From: Chrysochromulina tobinii
Taxonomy: Eukaryota
Direction of reading: 5' to 3'
Length of the DNA stretch: 32,813 nt
NCBI GenBank assembly: GCA_001275005.1
Contig: JWZX01001846.1
Coordinates: forward strand, 1 to 32,813
The translations under genes were made by a program, and so were the position numbers. Positions 1-11,271 of the stretch are shown here, in pieces (positions within the stretch are counted from its first letter, which is position 1; the number at the start of each line of letters is the position of its first letter). The notes under the pieces were generated by a model. It saw nothing but the letters and a program-made list of their open reading frames with translations, was not told the DNA's origin and made no database searches.

Positions 1-1544
1 GGCGGTGGTGGCGGCGACGGCGGAGGCGGCGACGGCATCGGGGGCGGAGGCGACGGCGACGGCGGCGGCGGCGTCGGCGGCGGCGGCGACGGCGGCGACG
101 GCGATGGTGGCGTAGAGACAGCTGCCGAAAGGGCAGCTACGATGGCAGAGAGATTCGAAAGAGCACTGCTCTGAGCAGCTACGATGGCAGAGAGATTCGA
201 AAGAGCACTGCTCTGAGCAGCTACAATAGCCGAGAGAGCGGCAAGGTCGTGGACCGCAACCTTCGCCTCCAAAGCCGTTAGACGGTCGGTGAGCACGTTG
301 GTCTCGTAATTGGGCCATGATTGGCGCTTGCCTGAGAAGACGTGCGTCCTCGCGCCGACGTACTGTTGCGTCGTGGCGGCGAGCTCGGTGGTAAAGACGA
401 CGAAGCCCACTGGCTGTTGAATCAACGCGAGCGCTTGCGTAGTGAAGGTCAGGAGCTGCGCCGGCAGAGGCGAGAACCAGGTGGTTTGGGCGAGCGCCTG
501 GCCCTCGGGCGACAGGATGAACTTGACGAAGTAGTCTAGCACGGACGCCGAGAGTGCGTTCATCGACGTCCGGTCACGGTCGAGGTAGAAGTACGAGAAC
601 ATCACGATCGGCCACGTCGTCGGTCCAGCCTGGTCGTACAGATTCACCGCCGAGAAGTCGAGAGTCGCGTTGACCGGGAAGGTATTATTGGTCGCGAGCA
701 ACGCCAGCGCAGCGGCGCCAACGTTGGCGTTCTTGGAGGTGAGATAGACCCCATCGCGGTTCTTCAGTGCAATCTCTGCAAAGCCCTTCTCGTGGCCATG
801 GCCAGCGTCCATGTACCCGATCGCGTTAGGAGTCGCGTCGATGGCATCTGCCATGCCCTGCGACCCCTGTACCGCGATGGTGCCGGGGACCGACGGGAAG
901 GTCGAGCCCGTGGAATACGCCGCGCCCGCGGCATCGACCCACGACGCCGGACACTTGCCTTTGAGGTACTGGGTGATGCCCGAACTCGACGACGAGCCAT
1001 CGGCGCGCCGGTGCACCTTGATCTCGCCTCTCGCCGTCATCTCAGGGTTGAGCGCTTTGATGTCGGGGTGGTCCCAGGAGGTGATTTGGCGCGTGAAGAT
1101 TTTCGCGAGCATGCAGGCGTCGAGGTCGATTGTTGCGCCGCCCAGCTCAGCCTCTGGCACGTTGTGGAAGACGCTGATGGCGCCCAGCGCGAATGGTACG
1201 TGGAGCATCTCGCGCCCGCTGCTCCGGACGGTATTGTACAGAGCGCTGGTCATCGGGATGTCGCCCGAGCCAAAGTGATTGTACGACTTGAAGCCCGATG
1301 TGGCGTCGCCCACGAACTCGGCCTGGCCCACACCCGAGCCAACGCCACGATACGTCATCGTGAGCGGCAGCTTGGAGCGCCCCTCGAGCAGGTCCATCGC
1401 CTCCCAAAACAGGCGCTGCGGGTTGGTGCTGCCCGAGCCATGCACGTTGATCACCTGCGTCAGGCCATCAACGTATGGGATCGTTATCGTCTGAGCGTAT
1501 GCCCCCCCAGCGAGGAGGACAATGACAGCGGAAGTAATGCGCAT
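1..1544 (-). CDS. pstS: Secreted PstS-like phosphate-binding protein (periplasmic-binding-protein fold) with a C-terminal heptad repeat and Ser/Pro-rich stalk; runs off the window edge
   Basis: Not in the ORF track because no stop occurs inside the window. Manual translation from ATG 1544: signal peptide MRITSAVIVLLAGGAYA, then NVHGSGSTNP, YRGVGSGVGQAEF, FGSGDIPM, HVPFALGAISVFHN, AKIFTRQITSWDHPDIKALNP, WPIVMFSYF and FVKFILSPEGQALA, all PstS-like motifs. Ends in SPPPP repeats. Confidence 0.88.
   Translation of the reverse strand, partial: MRITSAVIVLLAGGAYAQTITIPYVDGLTQVINVHGSGSTNPQRLFWEAMDLLEGRSKLPLTMTYRGVGSGVGQAEFVGDATSGFKSYNHFGSGDIPMTSALYNTVRSSGREMLHVPFALGAISVFHNVPEAELGGATIDLDACMLAKIFTRQITSWDHPDIKALNPEMTARGEIKVHRRADGSSSSSGITQYLKGKCPASWVDAAGAAYSTGSTFPSVPGTIAVQGSQGMADAIDATPNAIGYMDAGHGHEKGFAEIALKNRDGVYLTSKNANVGAAALALLATNNTFPVNATLDFSAVNLYDQAGPTTWPIVMFSYFYLDRDRTSMNALSASVLDYFVKFILSPEGQALAQTTWFSPLPAQLLTFTTQALALIQQPVGFVVFTTELAATTQQYVGARTHVFSGKRQSWPNYETNVLTDRLTALEAKVAVHDLAALSAIVAAQSSALSNLSAIVAAQSSALSNLSAIVAALSAAVSTPPSPSPPSPPPPTPPPPSPSPPPPMPSPPPPSPPPP
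133..237. repeat. 42-bp coding tandem repeat (~2.5 copies; LSAIVAAQSSALSN)
   Basis: gcagctacgatggcagagagattcgaaagagcactgctctga at 133 and 175, partial copy at 217. Confidence 0.9.
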
Positions 1545-1645
1545 GAATGTAGGAAGGGTCGGTCAGAGGCTGTCTCGCGATCCCTGGGAAGATGTGCATC
1601 ATTCCGGCTTCGGCTCGAATATCGACCCATGAACTAAATCCGCTT

Positions 1646-1780
1646 GAACTGTTCACAGCTCCACAAATCGAGCTCCAAAACACATTCTCTCGCGTGTTCT
1701 CGGTACATTGTAGTGGGAACTGTTCACAGCTCCAAATTCGAGCTCCAGACGAAACACATTCTCTCGCCTGTTATCGGTAG
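1646..1780. repeat. ~70-bp imperfect tandem duplication upstream of the pstS-like gene
   Basis: gaactgttcacagctcca...cgagctcca...aaacacattctctcgc.tgtt.tcggta starts at 1646 and at 1717. Confidence 0.85.
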
Positions 1781-2080
1781 TGTGTCTCTTATAGAGTGGT
1801 GTGCCAGCGATCATGTGTGCGATCCAAAGATAAAGAGTGGTCGACGTATGACGCATACTGGCAGTACGGAAACCTACATTATGCACAGCATAAATGTACG
1901 GCAGTCACGCCGATTCGCTTCTTAGCATGGCATGCACATGATTTGACCCAAAGGGGTACAAAGGGGTAGGGAGGTATTCTTTCTGGATAGTGGATTCACA
2001 CACTATCTATCCCCACCACCTCATTTTGAACTCAGTGCTGTGTGCCACTGTCAGGAAACGTTGACCTTCTCACACAGCGC

Positions 2081-5000
2081 CTAATCGCGCCATGGGATCA
2101 AGTCAACCGCCGCGTTCCAAGGCAGCAGTCCGGGGGAAGACGCGTCAGAGCGCGAGGGCGTGGACCCATACGGATCCGTGCGTGAGTACGTGCTTCCACC
2201 GCTGGCGATGCTCTGGCACGAGTACGGGCCACTGTGACAGCCACCATCCAGCACCGCAACCGCGCGATGACTGAGCGCGCGAGGATCGGTGAAGACTGCT
2301 ATCGTGCGCCCACCGGTGCTCGGCGAGCTGCGAGAGGCGGTGATGGAGCTTCCAAGCGCTTGTGTCTCGGATCCTCCGTCGAGCTCAGTTTGCAACCCAC
2401 GAAGCTGCCCACGTAGCGACGCTAGTTGGTCTTTCAAGTTCGCGGGTAGTACCCTCTGGCTTGCCATCCGTCGAAGACGATTGCTCTCTTCATCGGGCGG
2501 GCGTGAATCCCCAGAGGTATGGCTCACTACTCTAGGCTGCCGCCCCAGGGATTCGTTACGGGATTGAGCCCTGCGCCGTAGACGGTTCGTCTCATCGGAC
2601 GGGCAGCTCGGCGTGCTGGGAGCCAGAGCGGCCGCCCTCTCCTCAGCTGCCACAAGCACCGCCGCAGCCTCGGCCCGGGCGGCAGTCACAAGCACCGCCG
2701 CAGCCTCAGCCCGCGCGGCCCAAACCAACTCGTCCGCTTTGACCGCCTGCTTCGCCGCGGCCGCCCTCTCCTCAGCTGCCGCAAGCACCGCCGCAGCCTC
2801 GGCCCGGGCGGCACTCACCAACTCATCAGCCTCGGCCACCCGCTTTGCCGCCGCCGCCTCCAACTCTATCGCCTGTGCGACGGCGTGTTCCTCGATCGCC
2901 TGTGCGACCGCCTGTGCGACCGCCTTTGCCGCCTCCAGCTCAATCGCCTGTGCGACCGCCTTTGCCGCCTCCAGCTCAATCGCCTGTGCGACCGCCTTTG
3001 CCGCCTCCAGCTCAATCGCCTGTGCGCCCGCCTTTGCCTTCGCGGCCGCCGTGGCTTTGGCTGTCTCAACCTCAGCCGCCACCTCCGCCTCTGCCTGAAG
3101 CACAAGCTGCGCCGTCTGCACTGCCCTGGCCTCAGCCGCCTGCGCCTCGGCCATCGCCCTCGCCGCCCGTACCTCCGCCTCGGCCGCCTCGGCCGCCTCG
3201 GCCGCCACGGCGCTCTCGATCTCGCGCTCCATCTCGCGCTGCTCCGCCTCGGCGCTCGCAATCTCGCGCTCCATCTCGCGCTGCTCCGCCGCGGCGCTCG
3301 CAATCTCGCGCTCCATCTCGCGCTGCTCCGCCGCGGCCTCGTCGTCAAGCGCCACAAATCTCGCATGCATCTCCTCGATTAGGATCGATCTCGTCAGAAG
3401 CCGCACCTCCGACTCGACCGTCGACAGAAGTCTCTCCCGTTCTGCTTCCGCTGATCGTAACAGCGCTGCAGCCTCTGCCTCCGCTGAGCGTACCAGTAGC
3501 AGCGCTGAAGCCTCTATAGACTCCGCTGAGCGTAGCAGCGCTGCAGCAGCCGGCGTCACCTCCGCACCGTCGCCCACCGTCGGCGTAACCGTCGGCGCCC
3601 TACCGCTGCCGCCAACCAGCGGAGCTCGGGGATCGAACTGAGCTTCTTGATTGCTTCTTGAGTGCCACAGCTCCTGCGCCTTGAGCTCGGGGATCGAAAT
3701 GAGCTTCTTTTTCCCCTGGGAGCCCCCTTCGGGATCCATCTGGAGCTTGTCGAGCTTATCGACGAAGCTCGTTGACGAAGCGGGATCCCTCTGGAGCTTG
3801 TCGAGCACCTGCAGCTTCTCCTCGCACTTGCGCTTGATGGCGGCCTCCATGGTAAAGCGCCCATCCGGAGTAGGCCCATGCCTGAGCAGCTGCGTGTACT
3901 GGGTGCGAGCCTCTGCCCAATCTCCCGCCTCGAGATGCATGTTGGCGGCCGAGAGCAGATAGCTTGAGAGCTCCGTGGCGAGCGTCAAGGCGAGCGCCAT
4001 GTCCGCATCGCCGTCCCTGCTCATCTGTGCATACCTCGCCCGCTCGTAGATGGTCTCCACATGCAGAGCAATGTACGCGCCGGCCGCCGTGGCATACGCT
4101 TCGTCAAAGAGCCGCGCTGCCGCGGCAGCGTCTCCTCGCCTGCTCGCCACATGCCCCTGGGCTGCAAGCGCCGCCGCGAGCGCTCTGGCCGACTGGGACG
4201 CAAGGGACGGCGGCGCAGCAGCATCGCTCTCGGCCATCGTCCTCGTCTCCGGCGTCGCCGGCGTCGGCGAAATCGGCAGTGGCGTGAGGGTCGTGGCGTG
4301 GAATTCGCCGCTTGCGTGGCGGTGGCGGCGTGGCGGCGGCGGCGGCATCGGGGCCGTGTGGAACGCAGGGGACGGTGCAGCCTGCCCCGATGCAGAGGGG
4401 AAGGGCAGGGCGCCGTGGTGAGCACATGCATGCATGAACGCAGGGGACGGTGCAGCCTGCCCCGATGCAGCGATACACCGTGAAGGGGACGGTGCAGCAT
4501 CGGGCGACGTCGGCGTTGGCGTCAGCGTCTGCGTTAGTGTCGGCGTCAGCGTCGGCGTTGGCGTCGACGTCGGCGTGGTGATGCCGCGAGGCGGTGGCGG
4601 TGGTGCGGCGTGAAAGTGGCGATTCCGTGGCGGAGGCGACGGCATGACGGCGGCGGCCGACGGCAGCAAGCTGGCACCTTCATGCGTCACAGGCTCAGAA
4701 CGGAGCGTTAACTGACCCGAAGTGGTATGGTTTGCGGCTTGATTTTCGTAGCGCTCAATCGTTTTCGCGAGCGCTTCGTGCAGCGCCAGGCACCGGGCAA
4801 GGTGCTCACGGTCGTGCACATGCACATGTACCCACGGATTACAACGAACCGCCTTGGACTCGAGGAAGTAACGGAGCGATGACATGGCCGCGCGTAGCGA
4901 GGGGCTGCCAAGACGAGAATCAACGTGCAGACGGGATAGGCGACCTTAATCAAACGTAACCATGGGTGGAGGAGAGGCGCTCGCGCTCGGACAGAATCGC

Positions 5001-5176
5001 GAGGATGCGCACTATGTTTCAGCCAAGAGCTCTGCATTCCTCTCAGCATCCGAGTCCATGAGGGCGTTGAAGAGCTTCACGGTCCTCCGGAAGTCTGTGA
5101 TCTTGAGGGGGTCGATTGCCTCGGCGGGTGCACCATCGGTCGATTCCTCCGAATCGGAGGACTGCACGCCGCCCAT
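2081..5176 (-). CDS. Large Ala/Glu-rich coiled-coil protein with a TPR-like helical segment, function unknown; introns 4905-5012 and probably 4382-4456
   Basis: The 934-aa ORF joins in frame to the upstream ORF (MGGVQSS...ELLAET) through a GT-AG intron at 4905-5012, giving ET-Y-PSLRAAMSS. Internal repeats AQAIELEAAKAV and AEQREMEREIASA. Start codon uncertain. Confidence 0.65.
4382..4456 (-). other. Probable GC-AG intron of the exon-duplication plus acceptor-cassette family (divergent copy)
   Basis: A 35-bp direct repeat, ctgcatcggggcag/gctgcaccgtcccctgcgttc (minus strand), flanks gcatgcatgtgctcaccacggcgccctgcccttcccc. Confidence 0.6.
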
Positions 5177-5749
5177 GAGCGTTACCGTTGCCTCGTGCCA
5201 CGTGGGTGGATTGCACGAAAGAAATGCTTCGGAATCGAGCATGCAATGCACACGCGGATGCTCTTCAACACAACGCGCAGTCCTCCGGACCCCCAAGCAC
5301 GAGGCCCACAGTCACATGGACGGAGATGTCACCGACGGGGCCGTCTACGACAACACAAGTCACGAAATCAGTCACAATCGATGGTAGATATGTGTATGCT
5401 TGGCTACCATAGCGTGTGCGCGGTCCTTAGCGCTGCCCGGGGGTCTGAGGGCCGGCCCTGTGCCCAGCCGGCCTCCTGCACCATATCTTCGCAAACTTCG
5501 CTTCCGGCGCTCCTCCTCGGCAATACGGCGCTAATACGGCGCGCGGCGCTCCCGGCCGTTTTCCCACAGGGGGCTAACTTTCCTACGTAGCATATAACGT
5601 AAAGAACAACCGAACGCGCAAATTGATCATGCTACTACCATTTACTACTCGTACGATACTGTATATACGGGCTTAATACGGGCTACTTCGATCTACAGGG
5701 TACGTGGCTTAGGCGCTACAACCCTACTACGACAACTACTATGTGTATT

Positions 5750-6985
5750 GCCGTGCGCCATCGCATGCTATACATGCTCTAATTCATCAAACGCCAAGCC
5801 AGAATCCAACTCTTGCGCCCGGCAGACGTCTATATCCACGACCCGCCGCTGGGCTCGACCGACGACGCGCCCGTGCACATTTCCGCCCGCCTCAGCCCTC
5901 ACGGTTCCCCGTCACTCGCGCCCTGGCCGCCCACACCACCTTCCTTGCGGCGGGCAGCAGCTGCAACCCACTGAGCGAATTCCGACGCACTTGGTGGCGT
6001 CCAGGTGATTTCCGAGGCGCATTCCTGCTCTTTGAGCTTTGCAGCCTCGTGCCCGACGCTCGGCCGGCGAGTTAGTCGCTCGACGGACGCCTGCTGTTCG
6101 CTGCTAAGCTTTCGACGAGACTGGTGGGCTCTGGAGCTGTCGGCCGAGTGGAGGCGAGCGATTGAACGACTTTGGCTACCATGCCACGCGACATGTTGCA
6201 CGACCAGAGGGAGAGTCTGCTTAGCGACGGTGTTCCTGAACCGATCGCGGTCCGCCTGAAAACGGAGGAGTGGGAGCGTGAGTGAGCGCGACTTGCAGTC
6301 ACGAGTGCAGGGTGATTCGAAATGTCCTGTCGCGCGCCTCCTTCTCCCACTTTGTGCGCGCATCGCCAAGAGGGGCATCGCGCCTGCTGTACTCTGCTGC
6401 TGGTGCTGACGCCGACTGCGAGGTGGCGGGTTGCATGTGGACTGCCGCTCAGGGAGCGGAGCTAATCAACGGAGGTGGACTCGGTGTGGAGCAAAATCGA
6501 AATCGTTGAGCTAATCGAAAGGGACTGAGTTGATAGGAGACGCGTGCCCGATTTGGGAGACACGAAAATGATTTTTTTATGAACGACATTTCGCTTCTTC
6601 GTTCGGCATGTATTTCTCAATATGAAAAAAACAGGTTCACGAAAGCTCTCGTGTCGCTACCCCTCTTGGTGGTTTGAAGGAACTTTTGAAGGTGCAGTTA
6701 CTATGTTACTTTGAAGGGCGAGACGATTCCGAGTGCGAGCGGATGATTTCGAGTGCATGAGAACCGAGCCCGAGCATGTGTTAGATGGTGTGAACGAGGA
6801 GGAGGCAGCCTGTGGTGGTTATAACTTAAGGTATCCCGAAAAACAATAGAACGAGATACGCCGATGATTCAGGCCGACACATGCTGGGTGAGACTGGCCT
6901 GATTAATCGGCGGTTCGACGCTCATGTTCGACGCTATTGAGATCACTCGTTCAAAGACCTCGCTCTCAGTTCTTGCTCTCAGTTC
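5750..6985. repeat. Dispersed ~1 kb repeat, copy 1 (carries a ~250-bp insertion at 6633-6884)
   Basis: Near-identical to 11585-12563 over the core, same orientation. Confidence 0.93.
5899..6436 (-). CDS. Putative two-exon 151-aa orphan protein inside repeat copy 1 (exons 6338-6436 and 5899-6255; GC-AG intron 6256-6337)
   Basis: MQPATSQ...TKWEKE joins ADRDRFRNTVAK...GASDGEP in phase 0. The intron has a ctcac branch site and a pyrimidine-rich ttttcag acceptor. Exon lengths (99 and 357 nt) are identical in both repeat copies. Confidence 0.5.
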
Positions 6986-7074
6986 CTGAAGCTGCCTCTC
7001 GTCCTACTACGATCAGTTCCACTCCGCGTGCGTCGCGTCGTCCACACCACATTGGAGAGCGCGGACAGATCTCT

Positions 7075-8381
7075 CTAATCTCTCATCTCTTCTCCTGACG
7101 AGATCAGCAAACGGAGCAGCGCCGCGAGATGGCCCGCGTCCCTCAGGTCTTTGGCGAGCGAGTGGCCCAGCCCCGCGTGCACGCGCACCGAGACGGTCGG
7201 CTGGCGTCTGCCTCTCTGCCCCAGGCCTTGGGCCGTGCACTCCAAGAATCGCTCCGAGGCCATCGCCATGGCCTCGCGCAGCAGACTCGCCTCGAGCACG
7301 TCAGAGGGTGCGTCCTCGCCGACATGCACCTCGATCACAGGCTGGATCACGGGCTGGGTGGGGGGCGTCAGCAGAGAGCAACGTCGGTGCCAGCACGCAA
7401 AGGCAGACTCGGTCGGCACGCCCGCCTCACGCGCCTCCGCCTGAAGCTCTGCGAGTGGATCATCGAAGAACATGTACGGCAAGGCCAGCGCCGCGCGATG
7501 GGTGGGGTGTACGAAGATCTGCGGACCAAATGCGAGGATGCCAGCTGCACCAACGGCAAGGCCCGCGCGGACGGCAGCATAGCCTCCCATCGATGCTCCT
7601 ACGGTGAGCACCCGCACAGGCTGCAGCAGGGCGATCTCGGCCTCCAGATGCGACAGTAGAGAGTCGAAAGCGTCGGTAGTCTCGGGCTGCTGGACTGTGG
7701 GCGTACATGCGCGCAAGCCAGCTCGCATGCACACTTGCGTGCACGCTGCCCAGGCAGCGAGTGGAGTGCCTCGGGTCTTGCCTCGCAGGTACCACCGCTG
7801 TAGGGGATCTGATCGACGCCAACAGCAAAGACAACAGGTGGCGCTAATGGTTGAGAAGGAGAGGCCGAAGTGGAGTGGTCGGGCGGGACAGGTCGTAGTG
7901 GTTCAGGGTCTCGTCCGGACAGGCGTCAGGAGCAGCTGGCATCGGCAAACACACCTCGCACGAAGAGTGCCGACGCGCCGATGCGCTCGCAGACACCCAC
8001 AAATTCGTACATGCCGACATGCCCCATTCCGTACGCAAGTCCGCCGAAGCTGATGATTAGCGTGCGCTCCTCGCCCAGGCTGGTGGGACCGAGACTACCT
8101 GTCCCGTCGTAGCCTGAGTAGACGCGCCTGAAGTCGTGCGCGTCGAATGCGCGTGTGGCGAGATTTCGGACTTTTTCCGCGTCTGGTGCGTGTGCATGTG
8201 CGCGTGGGTCGGGCAGCATGTCTTCTCGCAACAGGTCGAGCAGTCCGAGCCTTCGACGCAGCTCCTTGACTGAAAGAGTGGCCTCGAGCTCGCCGAGCAT
8301 GGTGACAGGAGGGCGCGTGCCGTCGAAGCCGGCTGCCCGAAAGTATGCCTCGAGATCGACTCCGTCGTCGCTGGTGCTCAT
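7075..8381 (-). CDS. Alpha/beta-hydrolase-fold protein (esterase-like); intron 7809-7954
   Basis: LIISFGG motif, ALFVR-D-PLQRWY restored across a phase-1 GT-AG intron, nucleophile elbow GASMGGYAA, then LAFGPQ. Start at ATG 8381 or 8468. Confidence 0.78.
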
Positions 8382-8757
8382 TTCAATCGCCTTCACTGCG
8401 CGAGAATTGCAGTCGTTGTCCTCTGAGATATTCTGAGTGCGCCATCGAAATGGACTCGTGTGAACCATGTCAATTGTATTTCCTAATGAACGGCCAGGTC
8501 ATGCCAGGTCATCGCGCACCGTACTCCTCCGGAACGACGCTTTTGGAAATTCATTCTTCCGAAAGCTTAAGACGAGACAAGGAAAAAGTATAAGTTCGAA
8601 ATGTTAGTCGAGGCCGTGCTTGCAGAAGGCTGATTACTAGTACATGGGTGGGAAAGTGACTCGCAGGATCTCCGTGATAAAGACCGGGACTTCCTAAGGT
8701 GGCGGTAGCCAACTCGTCAGAATCCCGCGTTCACCTCAGATTTCGCAACCTCGACGA

Positions 8758-11271
8758 ATGCGCGGTAGATCTCCGTCCACCGCGGCAGTCATTGCGGTGC
8801 TACTCTTTCGTGGCGCCTGCGCGCTGCCATGCCGGGCTGCCCTACCGACCTCACGGCGAACAGCGGTACGTCCAAGAATGAGTGGCGAGCCGGAGGGAAA
8901 GCCCGCGACACTGACGTTAGTGAGGCACGGGCAAAGTGAGTGGAACCTGGCCAACCGTTTCACGGGCTGGGTCGATGTTGACTTGACGGCGCGCGGCATC
9001 GCAGAGGCGCGTGAGGCCGGTCGCGCTCTCAAGGCCGATGGCGCACAGTTCGACCTGGTGGTCACGTCGAGTCTGCGCCGTGCTGTGCGCACCTCGTGCC
9101 TCTTGCTGTCCGGTGTCTCCACTTGTTGGGTGCCCATGCTGAAGGACGTGCGGCTCAACGAGCAGCATTCTGGCGCGATGACCGGCCGAAACAAGGTCGA
9201 GCTTGCCAACGAATACGGACAAGAGTTGGTGATGCAGTGGCGGCGTGGCTTTGATGTACCGCCGCCGCCCATCTCGATCAAAGCTCCGCTGCAACGCACC
9301 ATTTGCGAGGACGAGCGGTACCGGCGCCAGCAGGCAAGCAGCAGCGGTGCGAGCGGCGGACCGAGCTACGACGTGCTCGTGCCCAATGGCGAGTCCTTCC
9401 GCGACTGCCTGGAGCGCGTGAGGGCCGTGTGGGAAGATACGCTGCGACCCTCGCTCCATGCCGGCAAGAATGTCCTGGTGGTCTCGCATGGCAACACGCT
9501 GCGCGCGCTGATCAAGCTGGTCGATGGAGTGGGCGATGGCGACGCTTTTCACCTCGACATGCCGACCGCCTGCCCGCTGGTCTATCAGTTGGACGCGCAT
9601 GGCATCGTCCAAGGCGGCCCGCATGGGACTTGGGGCGATTCTAGCGTCCGACGTAACGGCCGTTTCTTATACGATGATGAACGCGTGGTGCAAGCGCAGC
9701 AGATGATGCGGTCACAGGTGCTGCGCAACATTGCTGTCTCGACCATCACCTCGTCCAACTCGTCCAGCTCGATTTCGATCTGCGACGCCTGGTCGGAGGA
9801 CGGCGTCTCTTCCACACGCGTCGCGGTGGGCGAGGCTGGGGAGGATTTCAACGTTCGCACTTTGGGAAAACCCGAGCGCCAACCGGTCGCGCAGGCGGAG
9901 GAGGGCTTCCAGGCTATCTTTGGCGAGGACATCGTCAAGTCGGGCCCGGGCCTGGAGGCGCAGCTCACGCCGGCGACGCCGGCGACGCTGGAGGCGCCCT
10001 CATACGTGCCGTTCGCGGGCCGTGAGAGCGATGCACTCTCGTCCGAGCTGTCAGCGCAGGCAAGCCTCGAGCTTGCCAACTTTGCATACCAGATTACTGG
10101 AGATCCACAGAAGAGATGGGATGACAGGAGGCTTATCGGAGATTACCGGAGACTTGGTGGGGCGGGGGGGCTAAAGCTGCGGCAGCGCCAGCAGGCTGCG
10201 CAGGACACCTCGGCACCGCCACGCGAGCGCGAGCCACGCTGCAGCCTCATCCTCCTCCGGCACGGGTACTCGGAGTGGAACGAGGCGAATCTGTTCACAG
10301 GATGGGCCGATCCTCCGCTGACGAGCCGCGGCCGAGATGAGGCGCGCCTGGCAGGGTCCCTTTTGCGAGCGGCTGGGATTGGGCGCATCGAGCGCGTCTA
10401 CTCGTCTCTGCACGAGCGTGCGATCAAGACTGCTTGGCTACTCCTCGATGAGATGGAGCTGCAGTGGGTGCTCCTGATTGCCTCTGATGGCCTCTGGTTG
10501 TGCTCCTTGATGAGATGGAGTTGCAGTAGGGCCTCTCTGAGTGCCTCCGATTGCCACTGATAGCCACTGATTGCGTCCCTCATCAGGTGGGTGCCACTCT
10601 CGTACACGTGGCGGCTCAACGAGCGCCACTACGGCGCGCTCACCGGCCGCAACAAGCGCGACTGCTCGCAGGAGTATGGGCTGGCGCAGGTGCAGCGCTG
10701 GCGGCGGTCGGTGAATGAGCCGCCGCCTCCGATGGACGCAGGGGCAGCAGCGGCCTTGCTTGACGAGCGCGCGTACCGCGACGTGCCAAAGCCACTCGCA
10801 GAGTCGTTGGACCAGTGCGCGGAGCGGCTGCGGCCGTTTTTGGAAGTGGAGCTGACCGCGGCCATGCGCAAGGCCGTGGACGAGTGTGGCTTCGTTGCCG
10901 AGCAGGAGGGGCTGCCGGTCGAGGTGCCGACGTTTGTAGTCTCGGCGAGTGAGAATGTGCTGCGCGCGCTTGTGCGCGAGCTGGAAGAGCTGAGCGACGA
11001 CGAGACACCGCTGATCGACGTTCCGCACGCGACGCCGCTCGTGTACCGTCTCGACTCGGCGCTGCGGCCCCTACCCTCCGCGCTTGCGAAGAGTCCACTG
11101 CGGAAGGGTTGGTACATGGCCGACCCCGAACGCATCGCCGCCTCGCAGAAGAGTATCCGGGAGGAAGTCGATTGCCGGTTGAATGATGTGCCATGCAAAG
11201 TGGATGAGGAGGACGAGGAGACGTGCTTCGTCAACAGTGCTGCGTCAACAGAGTGGGCCTGCGGTTTGTAG
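8758..11271 (+). CDS. gpmA: Tandem double-domain 2,3-BPG-dependent phosphoglycerate mutase (histidine phosphatase), probably plastid-targeted; intron 10464-10586
   Basis: Two domains: LVRHGQSEWNLANRFTGWVDVDLT...VVSHGNTLRAL and LLRHGYSEWNEANLFTGWADPPLT...WRLNERHYGALTG. Splicing CA|G restores LQWVPLSYTW. N-terminal hydrophobic signal followed by an Arg/Ser/Ala-rich transit-like peptide. Confidence 0.92.
10464..10586 (+). other. Intron with decamer satellite (tgattgcctc-like), an internal copy of the upstream exon and a ccctcatcag acceptor
   Basis: GT...AG boundaries restore the frame. The intron and the next exon both begin gtgggtgc. 10495-10530 resembles exon sequence 10435-10470. Confidence 0.85.

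Noticed and set aside
1615..1626. P1BS-like phosphate-starvation element (gaatatcg)
   Set aside because: Does not match GNATATNC at the last base.
342..1637. Plus-strand ORFs (281 aa, 155 aa and others)
   Set aside because: Antisense shadows of the minus-strand pstS-like gene in high-GC DNA.
10080..10175. Compositionally odd stretch in the dPGM linker as a possible intron
   Set aside because: The frame stays open and I found no convincing splice pair.
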